49,433 nucleotides of DNA from Octopus bimaculoides (Eukaryota): positions 143,315,128-143,364,560 of the forward strand of contig NC_068981.1 of NCBI RefSeq assembly GCF_001194135.2, in the 5' to 3' direction. Made by a program: the position numbers and the translations under genes. Numbering within the stretch: position 1 is the first letter of the stretch; each line of letters starts with the position of its first letter. Shown here one piece after another: positions 34,756 to 46,901 of this stretch. The notes under the pieces are model-generated. The model did no database searches. It saw nothing but the letters and a program-made list of their open reading frames with translations, and had not been told where the DNA came from.

Positions 34756-35929
34756 AGCAACAGTCATAATGAGGAATTTAGCATTGACATAGGCACAGAA
34801 TCAGGAAAGTGGGGATATTCCTTTACATCGCTTCTAGTAATTTAATAGTACTTTATTTTTTCGGGCTTAGATTCAAGAAATCAAATTTGACCTGAGCATT
34901 ATTCCAACTCAGAATATACCGAAACGGAATAAATAATGCAGAGATATTTTGTCCAGTGCGCTAATAATACTTTCAATCTTATTATTAATTCTTAATATTG
35001 GCACAAGAACACATTTTGTTTTTATTTAAAGGGATGAGTGCTAGCGATGAAATTGACTCTAATCTTGAATTTACTTTAGTATATCGATTACGGAAGGATG
35101 AATGGAGAGGTTGATCTCTGTGTAGTTATTCCACGAGGAATGTTGTCTCCTTTTCCGTATCTGCTTTTCAATAATAAAATAAATTATTATCACATTTATG
35201 ATGATATCAGTAGTAGTTCAGACAGTAGAAGGAGTAAAGATAGTAGTTCTTGCATTAATGGCTGTTTCTATAACCACTAAGTTCAATAGCATCAAAAACA
35301 AAGGCATACATCAATGTTCAGAATTGTAAGGCAGTGGGTATCCAGCAGCAGCACCTAATATTGATTGAGGCTACAGCAGTGGTAATAACAATAGCACTAC
35401 TACAATGGGTGAGGTGCAGGAGTATGAATAGGAGCTGAAGTAAATAGCGGATTGCATAAACAGCAGTAGAGAATGGAGCAAGAGTAAGAACATCAGGAAT
35501 AGAAGTAACAGTAGTAGTAGTGGTAATGACAATAGCAGCAAGAATGGTAGAATAAAAAATAAACAAATAAGTAATGTAACATCATACGTATGAAACATTA
35601 TTCATTACACCATGGTTATTAACAACAAACTAGTGAGCTTTGTACTTCACTGGGGTGCCACAGGGATGGATTGTTCTTGTACGAATGTAAATGTTTAAAA
35701 AAAATAAAACGTTTTATGGGGATATATGTTAGGAATTATTGGATAACTATGTAATATTGTGTCGTAGATTAATATTCATTTGATTCATGAATATCACTTC
35801 ACTAATCCAAGTAATTACAAACAAAAGAAAATAAGAATATTCTCTACGTTGTTTTTAAACAAAAGAAAAATAGCAGCTGCATAGCTCTCACAACATACAT
35901 ACATACATACAATTATACATACATACATA

Positions 35930-36028
35930 CGAGGGGTGTATGAAAAGACGTGAGCCTAAAAAACATGGTGCAAGACTTCTGATGAATGTACAACACTTCA
36001 AGGCTCAATACTTTTCATACACCCCTCG
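35930..36028. mobile_element. Tc1/mariner-type MITE, 99 bp, TA target-site duplication
   Basis: TA|CGAGGGGTGTATGAAAAG ... CTTTTCATACACCCCTCG|TA: perfect 18-bp TIR, extended imperfectly by TGAGCCT/AGGCTCA. Inserted in (ATAC)n. Confidence 0.88.
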
Positions 36029-36039
36029 TACATACAGAC

Positions 36040-36086
<47 letters not shown>

Positions 36087-36436
36087 CATGCATATGCAAT
36101 ACGTATGAGAATACATACATAAAGCAGAACATACCTACATACATACAAAAATACCCTGTTGTTGATGTTGAAATTCTAATAAAGGAGNNNNNNNNNNTCT
36201 AGGTTAGATAACTGCTCTTTCTCTATTGACACAAAATCTTGAAATAAAACTGAACAATGACATACATATGTGCATATGAGCATGTCTAGATATGCAACTA
36301 TATCATGAGAATACATACATAAAACAAAACATACAAATATGCACATATACATACATGCATATATACATACATGTATACATACATGCATACATACATACAT
36401 ACATACATACATACATACATGCATACATATATACAT

Positions 36437-37290
36437 TAATACAGCCTCCTGCCGTCCACCAATAGTGTTAAAAAACCTAATAAAATGTATCAGTAAACGA
36501 ATTTCGATCTTATCTTCAAATAAAGATATTTTCTACACAGCAGCTCCCGGTTACAAAGAGGCGCTAGCAGCCAGTGTGTTAACGTATCATATAGTATAGA
36601 GACCAGGAACGAGCAACCCTAGAAGGAAACGCCACCGCAAGACCTTATGGTTTGCTCCCCACTTCTCCCTAAACGTTCGAACATGCGTAGGTATGATATT
36701 TCTTAGGTTGGTTGATAAGCATTTCACGCGATCACGCATTTCACGCGATCACGCATTTCACGCATTTCACGCGATCACACAAATATAGAAAGATCTTTAA
36801 CAGACATAATTTAAGGATCTCTTGGAGTTGTGCACCCAATGTTAAGAAAAAAATACTTAGCACTCCTAAACCACGGACAGAGGCAGGTTGTTCATGCAGG
36901 ATTAGAAATGAATGCCCAGTGGACGTCCGATGTAACACCGAGGCTACAGTGTACCAAGCAATGGTAGCCTCAAACAGGAGCAGCACAAATATCAGTAACA
37001 TCAATGTCAAGACAGGGACATACACTAAGACACAACACAACGACACTCACAGCATACATATGGTGCCTAAAGGATGATCATACGCCCTTTAGCATTATGT
37101 GGAAATTACTAGAAACTTGTGGACCATTTCGCAATTGAACAAGGCTAAGTAAATTGTGCATAGCACAAAAATATATAATCCTCATGAACTCACATAAGCC
37201 AGGAGGCTATCTGAACTCCAGGACGGAAGCCGTTGGGAGTTGTTCACATTTTCGGAATTTTTTACTTCAAAATTGGAAAACCTAGCTATC
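36437..37290 (+). mobile_element. Second Penelope-like family: RT C-terminal region, Cys-rich linker and GIY-YIG-associated C-terminus, decayed
   Basis: CRPPIVLKNLIKCISKRISILSSNKDIFYTAAPGYKEALAAS; RKRHRKTLWFAPHFSLNVRTCVG...FLRLVDKHF; KIFNRHNLRISWSCAPNV; CSCRIRNECPVDVRC...VYQA; YIWCLKD...FSIMWKLL...KLCIAQKYIIL...YLNSRTEAVGSCSH. This motif order is typical of PLE proteins with a C-terminal GIY-YIG domain. Confidence 0.85.
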
Positions 37291-38209
37291 AAGCGAATGG
37301 AGACATCTCGCCGGGCTATAATTTTTTCAGGGCAATATTTCTTCAACTATCACCGGCGTTCTATTGGTTTTAAAAGACTGATCTTATAACGAAGATATAT
37401 ATATATATATTCACCTTTAATCGAAATGCTGTGTGTATATATGTATATATGTATGTATTTGTGTGCATGTGTATGTGTGTATTATGTATGTCTCAACATG
37501 CTATAAATTACAACTGAATTGTCCCCTCACACCTACACGTACATCTGCGATGTATTTCACCGTTCTGCTGGTTGCGGGTCTCCTAGTTTGTTCGTCACTA
37601 TCGATATTTTTTCGGCGATGTCGGAAACGTCTGAACCACGCTTACACGTACATCTGCGATGTCTTTCTGAGTTCTGCTGATTGCTTGTCTCGCAGAACTG
37701 TCGTCAATATTGATATATAGAGAACGCCAAAATAAGTACAAGCGTCGATTTGGTCAACTTCAAGTGGTACCCCAGCATGGCTTCAATCAGAATCAAGACA
37801 GGGAGAAAAAGAATGAATATTTCGTACACTAAGATGTCAGAAGCTGTAGCACGTTCGATGATCAACAATTTTACAGTATTATGTTTCGTACGTCTTTCAT
37901 AACTCTTATGCCGGTATAATACACCAGTGAAATACTACAGTGCTAATACTACTAATACATTACTAATATTTTCGTGTACGTGTGTGTGTGTGTCTGTGTC
38001 TGTGTGTGTGTATAGACTCAGAGTAAGAGAGCGAAAGAGAGTGAATGAATGAGAAAGAGAAGCAAAGATATCCTTGTTATTTTGGTTGAAATGTTTTCTA
38101 ACGCAAGTGCCATTCTCATGCAGCAGTCCTCGTAAAGAAGACTTTCCAACAATGTCCCCGCTGCCGTTTTATAACAGACACGTTGCATGTAGGATTGCCT
38201 TATCTAACG

Positions 38210-38650
38210 TAATAATGAAGTCGGAGCGAATGCAGATTCGTTAGCATGCTAGACAAAAGACTTACTGAAATTTCTTCCGGCTATAGGTTCTAAGTCGCCG
38301 AGGTTGAATTTGCATGTCATTGTTTCGAGATCAATAAAACAAAGTACCAGTGTCGAGGGCTCGGGTTAATGTAATCATTTAGCCCTCTCCCCCAAAATTT
38401 TGGGTCGGGCCTGCGCATAGAGTAGATTCGATTATCTATTAAACGTTTGAAGGCGGACAACTGGCAGATTCGTTGGCATGTCGGATGAAAAATTCTTAGC
38501 GGCATTTTTTCCGGTTCTATATGTTTTGAGATCGAATTCAGACAAGTTTATATTTCATCCTCTCAGGATTAGTAAATAAATCTACTAATTAAAGATTGGA
38601 TTTGATGTAATCAAACTAATCGTCTCCTTTAAAATTTCGGGCCATGTGCC
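38210..38650 (+). mobile_element. Two tandem degenerate SINE family C copies
   Basis: GCAGATTCGTTAGCATG...GCCGAGGTTGAATTTG...AAGTACCAG, then AAGGCGGACAACTGGCAGATTCGTTGGCATG...TTCATCCTCTCAGG. Confidence 0.55.
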
Positions 38651-38969
38651 TTACAGAAATAATTTTCAGTTTTACAATTCAACGTTTTTTAAAGGAACAA
38701 CTGAAGGATTTAATGCAAATTTGATCTTCACTTCCCTTCAGTAACAAGTAGACCAACGACACAGAAGCTACCTAATTAACCTGTACTAATACCTGTTATA
38801 TATTCTGGTAAATTTATTTCGTCATCCACATATTCTCCTAACAAGTTACAGAATGTTCTTTGAATTTACTTCAATGGATGTATCGTTAGAGGCAGAAAAA
38901 AGAAGCAGACATGAATTTGTGGCAGCATATACAGTAGTAGCTGCAGTTCTAGTAGAAGAAGAAGTAGTA

Positions 38970-39221
38970 GTAGTAGTCGTAGGTGTTGTTGTTGTTGCTA
39001 TTGTTAGTGTTATTATTACTATCATCATCATCATCATCATCATCATTACTGGGGTTGTAATTTTGGTTATAACAATACTAGTAATAATAGTTGTAGGATA
39101 TAATGATACTAGCAATAATAGCAGCAGCAGCAGTAACAGTGGTAGTAGTAGTAGTAGTAGTAGTAGTAGTACCTGCTGCAGCAGCAGCAGCTGTAGTGGT
39201 GGTAGTAGTAGTAGTAGTAGC

Positions 39222-39263
<42 letters not shown>

Positions 39264-39461
39264 GGTGGTGGTGGTGNNNNNNNNNNNNNNNNNNNNNNNN
39301 NNNNNNNNNNNNNNNNNNNNNNNNNNNNNNNNNNNNNNNNNNNNNNNNNNNNNNNNNNNNNNNNNNNNNNNNNNNNNNNNNNNNGTAGTAGTAGTAGTAG
39401 TAGTAGTAGCAGAAGTAGAAGTAGTAATAGTAGTAGTAGCAGCAACAGCAGTAGCAGTAGC

Positions 39462-39499
<38 letters not shown>

Positions 39500-39685
39500 C
39501 AGCAAGAGCAGCAGCAGAAGTGGTGGTGGTAGTAGTAGTAGTACTAGTAGTAGCAGCAACAGCAGCAGCAGCACTAGTGGTGATGGTAGTAGTAGTAGTA
39601 GTAGCAGTAGTAGCAGCAGTAGTAGTAGTAACAACAACAGCAGCAGTGGTGGTGGTGGTGGTGGTAGTAGTAGTAGTAGTAGTAC

Positions 39686-39722
<37 letters not shown>
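38970..39722. repeat. Long compound trinucleotide tract (AGT/AGC/GGT/CAT)n with an internal gap
   Basis: Direct reading; gives poly-S, poly-V, poly-T and poly-L in different frames. Confidence 0.92.
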
Positions 39723-39723
<1 letters not shown>

Positions 39724-42201
39724 AATGTTTTTTTATCATTTATTCTGTGGTGGAATGTGTATTCAAATACAGTAGTGTTCCCAACAATACATCTGGTAGT
39801 AGTAAAATAGGAGACACAACAAGAAGTAGCGGTTGCAGCAATACCATGGATTGTAGCAGTAGCATATGGAGCAGTAATAGTTCCTGTTGCAACAATACCA
39901 CTGGATGGAAGTTTTAGCAATAATACGTGAAGCAGAAGTAGCTGCGTTTGCAGCAGTAAAATCATTTACTGGTTCAACTGCATACTTTGTCATTGTCAGC
40001 TGCAGTTGTGCCTCTAGCAGTAATAACATTAATTATATTTGCAGCAAAGACGAATTCTAAAAGCTGCAGTAGAATATGAAGTAGTAGTTGCATGAAATTA
40101 CTTTGCAGTGGTAGCTGCACTAATACATCAGCAGAAAATACATTCTAATAATCACATTAATTACAGTGTTAGGCGAACAAACATTCTTTTTTAAATATTT
40201 ACAGTAGAAGCTGCAAAATAAATGGTGTTATATACTGCAGCAGCATTCGCACAGTTGGAGCCACTTCAAGTATGCTTGCAGCAGATATAACATGGTTTCG
40301 TGAAGTAGTATTTAGAGTAGAAGCTGCATTAATTAGCGTGTCTAAATACATAATATTGCAGTAATCTATTTAAAATGGATACAGCAATATAATATGTTAG
40401 TGCAAAAAAGATCTGCTAACAGATATAGCTTTATCTTCAGTTTTAGGCGACGTTAGATATTCTTTTGTAATGTTTTGTTTAGTTCTACTTGTATATGCAA
40501 CTATAGATGCATTAATTAAAGTGCCAGCTGAACCAAAAACTGCAGTTGAATAATTGAAGTTGAGGCTGCATTAACTATCACTGAAGCAGTATATTCAGCC
40601 TGTGATTTAGTGTATCTTTAGGGTCATGCAAATATCATACATTGTTGCAGTAGAAATAGTATGTTCTCTATATCTGGAATTATGCCTACGATTTGTGTGA
40701 CTTCAGCCATGCTACTATAAGACAAAATACATATATCTCCCAACCAGCTTAGTTAAATTTAATTGTAAGATGCCACGAAAAGATAAATCTTTGTCACTAC
40801 GAGCAGCTGCAATAACCTGTAATTGAGTGTCTTCGTCATTTACTTTTCTGAGTTCATAGAAATACGTTAGGAATATATAGGGTTCAAAAATGTGTTTGTA
40901 CAATTTGTAAGTATCGTGCAAGATAAATTCTTGAGAGATGCTTCATAAGATGTAACGTAAAAAAATATGGGACGTGATTGATTGTATAGACACTGCTTCA
41001 TTGACTGTTTTTGCAACAGAACTGAAATGTAAATATATTGCCATGAAACTGCAGGTGTCATAGTTGCTTTTAAAATTGTTCGTTTTGTTGCTTAGCCCAA
41101 AGTTACCTCTGATCGATCAGATATGAACTTATATTATTAATGCAACTATTGTTGATTTGTAATAAAGTCTCCGATTTCTCTGGAATTTTACTGAATCGGA
41201 GAAAAACATCACCACATACAATTCATATTGTCCAATGTTATTTGTTTAAGACGGTTTGGCATAACTGGAGAGAGATCTGGTTTCCAACTACAGCAGGTTG
41301 ATTGACCATGCAGAGTTACTTCCATTTTAGCTGTTGCTGCTTTATTTGGTTTCATATCTTAGATGTCACGAATAATATATTCGTCTTGTTTTTGAATAAA
41401 ATATACTCCGTAATAGTTTTACTTTGTCAGGTTGATGATCTGTTTAAAGGGTCTAGATTTGAGCTCAACAATATCTCATCTTCAAGCGGTCCCAATCCAA
41501 ATGCGTCTCTCAATATTGCTTGTGAAAGCTCATATTTCTCAGTAGCTTCGCTAGATCGTCAATTTCATATTCTGTCAATACCATTCGTGGATGCCAGTGA
41601 GAGTACAGATTTTTAATGTACACTGCTATCCAGATATTTAACTGTTCGTTTTCAACGTCAGCAGAATATCCTTCAGTATTTTCTCTAGGTGATCCAACTT
41701 TATACGATGGTTTTCCATTTCGATTTGCATAACTTTGGCACACGAACATAAATCAAACATTACTTTGACGTAAATTTCATCGCTTTAATGACAACATCTG
41801 GTAGTAGATAAGGCACTAATATAGCAGCATTTAAGGTCCATTTGCATCATGTTTACGTTTTACCGAACGTGAGAGACGAACAAAGGACGAGAGAAAAATG
41901 CAACATATATGCAAGCTCAACATATGTGCAATTTAAAAGAATATAACTAAATTATGTTAGTATCGTTGATGTGAACTAAAAAGAATTATTTCTAGAATTA
42001 TTTTATATATAGATATGCTGTTTATTTCTCTTGCATATTTACGCTTTGTCTTATCATTTTCATACTACCGTAAGAAAACGGTATTTACACGCATACATAC
42101 ACACGCGTACATACATTCATACTTACATACATAGATACATGCATACTACATATGTGTATGTGTGTATGCGTACGTGTAAATATGTGTTATGTTTATGTGT
42201 A

Positions 42202-42202
<1 letters not shown>

Positions 42203-42247
<45 letters not shown>

Positions 42248-42345
42248 CCTACCCACCTACCTACCTACCTACCTACCTACCTACCTACCTACCTACCTAC
42301 CCACTTACCTACCTACCTACCTACTTACCTACATCCATACATACA
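42203..42345. repeat. (TATC)n-(TACC)n compound microsatellite
   Basis: Direct reading. Confidence 0.93.
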
Positions 42346-42371
42346 TACCTATATATATATATGTGTGTCTG

Positions 42372-42416
<45 letters not shown>

Positions 42417-42685
42417 TATATATCGTAAAAGCAGAGAGAAGCAGCGCAAATTATATTTGAACAAGTTACTCAACAAGCAAATTCTTCACAATTTGCTGAA
42501 GTACTGTGTGTTCACCTCATACATTTATATCATCATTACATTTTCAACGACGGAGAACCCGATATCCTGGATAACGGATATTCGAGGTCTTTCATAATCT
42601 ATTTACTCTCTCTCGCTCTCTCGCTCTTTCTTTCTCTCTCTCTCTCTATCCATACACATATATATATATATATAAATACATACAT

Positions 42686-42716
<31 letters not shown>

Positions 42717-42775
42717 CATATATACATATATGTATATGTATATATATATTTAAATATATTTCATATATACGTGCA

Positions 42776-42823
<48 letters not shown>

Positions 42824-43043
42824 NNNNNNNNNNNNNNNNNNNNNNNNNNNNNNNNNNNNNNNNNNNNNNNNNNNNNNNNNNNNNNNNNNNNNNNNNNNNN
42901 NNNNNNNNNNNATATACATATCTATATACGCATATATATACATATATGCATTTGTATACATATATATATCTATATATATATATCTATATACATACATACA
43001 TACATGCATGCATGCATACATACATACATACATAGATACATAC

Positions 43044-43074
<31 letters not shown>

Positions 43075-43713
43075 CATACATACATACATACATACGTACG
43101 TACCTAAACCACCTGCTTGTGATTAGAGAACGAATTGGCAGATATCTCATTATTTACGGCGCGCCAAACTGGTTTCATGATATATTTTTTCTATCTCAGC
43201 AAATACAAGAAAAGCGACAAAATAGATAACATTAAAGAATAATAAAATTAAAACTTAAATAGAAATTTTCTCTCTGACTTTTACCGGCCCCTAATGAGCT
43301 TAGAAATAAAACAGTTATAGTAAATATGTGACATCGATAATGTTCATATTATTATAGACAAATCACATAATCCAGAGTGCCCTCTCCATTGGCTCGCAAA
43401 CAATGGCAAATGTTTGGAACTCCTGAAGAGTAGCACTAGTCCAAAGAAGATATAGTTGGAAGCACCATCAAATGCTTAAAGAGATCGTAAACGTGATGAG
43501 TACTGTAAGAGTAAAACCCACAGCACCAGAATCTCCAACGGCACGAAGCAACCGATCATGACTAGGAACAGCTTTGCCATACGAGGCACGGGAATGGAGT
43601 CTCCTAAGTGGTGAAGATGACTGAGAGTTCTCAACAGATCTCTCAGGATTAAAAATATATACAGAAGTCATCAGGAAGAGTGGTTTGAGGCCGGATAACT
43701 TTACTCCATTCTA

Positions 43714-43839
43714 CAGGGTGTCCATAAATCTGGGTACTTGGGGATTAACACATACTTGAAGAAATTATTATTTCTTATCTTTAATTGTTTATGTTATCAT
43801 TTTATTTACTCCATGTACCCAGACTTTGTGGACACCCTG
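43714..43839. mobile_element. Tc1/mariner-type MITE, 126 bp, TA target-site duplication
   Basis: TA|CAGGGTGTCCATAAATCTGGGTAC ... GTACCCAGACTTTGTGGACACCCTG|TA: about 24-25 bp imperfect TIR with an AT-rich interior. Confidence 0.88.
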
Positions 43840-44263
43840 TAGTTCATCAAAACAACTGATTTTGAACAAACTGACATTTGAAAGTGAAATAAACGTAGAC
43901 GTATTTCAGGCTGAAAACTTCCCTTGTTTTGTCAACAACCAAAGGAAGTCCAGCTTCTGGGTCAAGGTTCTCGCCATAGAGTTTGCTGCCAGAGGTTTTG
44001 TGGTCAAATCTGCTTGCTATCGTCTCTAGTAATAACAGAACCGAAGCCTTAGAGCAGTTCGGGGAAGAACAAAAACGACCTCCATAACGATTGAAGGCAA
44101 CATTTGTATATTTTAATACTAAGGGAAGTAACTCTGTCCGAGTCATTCTCGTAGCATTGATGTTTCACCGTTACTATAAAAACCGTTATTTCTTATTTAA
44201 GCATAGGTTTCAAAGCTGAGTCATCAAAGAGGAGTTCCAACAAAATGGAGTATCTAAGCGCAT

Positions 44264-44300
44264 TACATATACATAGGTATATCTGCAAATATACATATAC

Positions 44301-44379
<79 letters not shown>

Positions 44380-44587
44380 GAGAGACAGACAGAGAGAGAG
44401 AGAGACAGAGAAATAGAGAATGAGAGAGAGGGAGAGAGACAGAGAGAGATAGAGATAGAGAGAGAGAGAGATAGAGAGAGAGAGATATGTTCATCTTTAA
44501 ATATATGTATACTTACAAACGTACATACATACATATCCACACACGGACATACACACACACATGTGAGTTTGTACATGCGCGTGTGTG

Positions 44588-44646
<59 letters not shown>
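44264..44646. repeat. Left arm of an inverted duplication (partner 45566-45889)
   Basis: The order unique/(TA)n/(GA)n/unique/(GT)n is mirrored in the partner, with about 4 differences over the roughly 120-bp semi-unique block. Confidence 0.9.
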
Positions 44647-44650
<4 letters not shown>

Positions 44651-44934
44651 TTAATGACCAAAAAATGTTCCTGGGGACTGGTGCTGGTGGGGGAGGGGGA
44701 TTTCTTCTCTTGAGATCTTCTGCTCTACAGGTCTTTTGAGAGTACCTTACAATTTAGAGCATCTTATAATTAAGAATTTAATTGTGTTTTACTTGAAGGT
44801 CATTAGATAGACATGACAATATTTGCATACATACGTAAGACCAGTGATCGAAATTCGTTTCAAGGTGACTCGAATGCCAATGAACTGCAAATACAACGAA
44901 ATATCGGTTTCAAGCTTTGGAGCAATGTCAGATA

Positions 44935-45110
44935 TTTGGGTGAGGAGTGAGACGATTACATCTCCCCAGCGCTCAAATGGTAATTAATTTTATCGACCCG
45001 GAAAGAACGAAAGGCAAAATCGATCACGGCTGAATTTGAGCACAGGATATAAAAATGAATGAAGTGCCTCTAAACATTCTGCTCAGCGTGCTAGCAATTC
45101 TACATGCTCA
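44935..45110 (-). mobile_element. SINE family C, degenerate copy
   Basis: GATTACATCTCCCCAGCGCTCAAATGGTAA...TTTTATCGACCCGGAAAGAACGAAAGGCAAAATCGA...GAATTTGAG. Confidence 0.6.
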
Positions 45111-45563
45111 ATGCCTTAAACAGCGAAACTAACGATATGCAAATTTCTCCATCATCAACTGGGCAAGCTGTGGGGCTTTCTTTGAGATATTCAGTGTCTT
45201 TTGATTTAAAATTTGGCATTTTAAAGGGACTTTTCCATTCCCCAGTTACTGATCGCATAAACAAAACACACACAGTAAGGATGTGCTAGTGATAATGTTT
45301 ACATCAGCGCTGCTTAAAGTTCAAAGCACAATATTGATTTGCCTGTACCGTGATGTTGCACATCATCAGACAGACAACAATGTTTCCACATATACCTCAG
45401 AGGAGCGATTGCAATTCGCTTTGTGAAGAGTCCAATGTACGAAACCGATTGACTGCAAAAACAGCGTAAAATCGATGTCTAGCCTTTTCAATCCACTCCG
45501 AGGTGAGGTGTTTCGTCTTATTTGGGTTATTTATTCAGTGTTTTTTTAAAAACTCGGCATCAT

Positions 45564-45565
<2 letters not shown>

Positions 45566-45608
<43 letters not shown>

Positions 45609-45706
45609 CACACACGCGCATGTACAAATTCACATGTGTGTGTGTATGTCCGTGTGTGGATATGTATGTATGTACGTTTTTAGTATACATATATTTAAAG
45701 ATGAAC

Positions 45707-45748
<42 letters not shown>

Positions 45749-45889
45749 NNNNNNNNNNNNNNNNNNNNNNNNNNNNNNNNNNNNNNNNNNNNNNNNNNNN
45801 NNNNNNNNNNNNNNNNNNNNNNNNNNNNNNNNNNNNNNNNNNATATATATGGGTATATGTATATTTGCAGATATACATAAGTATATGTA
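45566..45889. repeat. Right arm of an inverted duplication (contains an N gap)
   Basis: GCGCATGTACAAATTCACATG...GTCCGTGTGTGGATATG...TTTAAAGATGAACAT and GGGTATATGTATATTTGCAGATATAC are reverse complements of blocks in 44264-44646. Confidence 0.9.
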
Positions 45890-45918
45890 CGTACATTCAT
45901 ACACATACATACGTGTGT

Positions 45919-45959
<41 letters not shown>

Positions 45960-46794
45960 GATATGCATACATAAAAACATGCATACATACTTACATACAT
46001 ACATACATGCATGCATGCATACATTCATACATACATACATACACATATACATATATACGTATATACATACATTGATGCACACATACATCAAAACACAGAT
46101 TCATGTACACCCGAACAGACAAAACACTATGATGATAGAAGCTGGATATTCTATATCTTCCCATACAAATTCTGGTTGATTTCTTTTCAGCAAATAAATA
46201 TCTCTACTTCATCTTTCAATTTCCTTGTAATTATCTGCTCGTTCTTATTTGTTTTTGAAACCGCATCATACTTGTAGACGATGAATTGTTGTTGTTGTTG
46301 TTCTTCTTATTATTATTTTTATTCGAATTTCATACACGATATACGAAATACAAGTGAAATTCTAATTTGTATGATTTTATTATTATCTATTCGTACCCAA
46401 ACTATAAACAGAAAGATTTGTATATAAGAAAATAAGTAAAAATGAACGCACAAAGAAAACGACTGTGAGCGCATTGAGAAACGATTGTCAGATCAAATAT
46501 GAAAATTATTTCTGTGAAATAATTTATATGACATAGCATTGATATTAAGAATGCTAAGGATTTATTTAAGCTAAACAATTTATAGTCGTCTGTATATTGC
46601 AAATTTCTCTTTCTCTTTACCTTCTTATCTGCACGTATCTGTATATTTCACTCAACATTCTTATGTGCTTACGTATACGCAAATATTATATAGATATTAA
46701 AAAATACATACATAGAAGCATACATATATATCTATATACATAAATATACATGCACACATATATAAATATATGTATGTATGTATGTATATATAGA

Positions 46795-46810
46795 TAGAGA
46801 GAGAGGGAGG

Positions 46811-46872
<62 letters not shown>

Positions 46873-46901
46873 CAAACAACCAGCCAGATAGATAGATAGA
46901 T
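46795..46901. repeat. (GATA)n microsatellite abutting the Tx1-like 3' end
   Basis: Direct reading. Confidence 0.93.

Noticed and set aside
36720-36779. Short direct repeats as a CRISPR-like array
   Set aside because: No spacers; it is a tandem microduplication within a eukaryotic retroelement.
37130-37145. In-frame TGA in the second PLE lineage as possible selenocysteine
   Set aside because: It falls at a non-Cys position in a copy that has other stops and frameshifts, so ordinary decay is more likely.
38853-39965. Long ORFs in several frames (poly-S, V, T, L)
   Set aside because: Trinucleotide tracts plus N runs keep several frames open at once. Not accepted as intact CDS; only the flanking pseudogene hypothesis is kept.
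41470-41540. ELSQAILRDAFGLGPLE resembles the bacterial CpaF/TadA ATPase N-terminal GLGPLE motif
   Set aside because: About 17 aa only, with no Walker motifs or further similarity, in clearly eukaryotic context.
42554-42590. Imperfect palindrome AGAACCCGATATCC...GGATATTCGAGGTCT
   Set aside because: Possibly a collapsed MITE remnant, but too short and lacking a target-site duplication.
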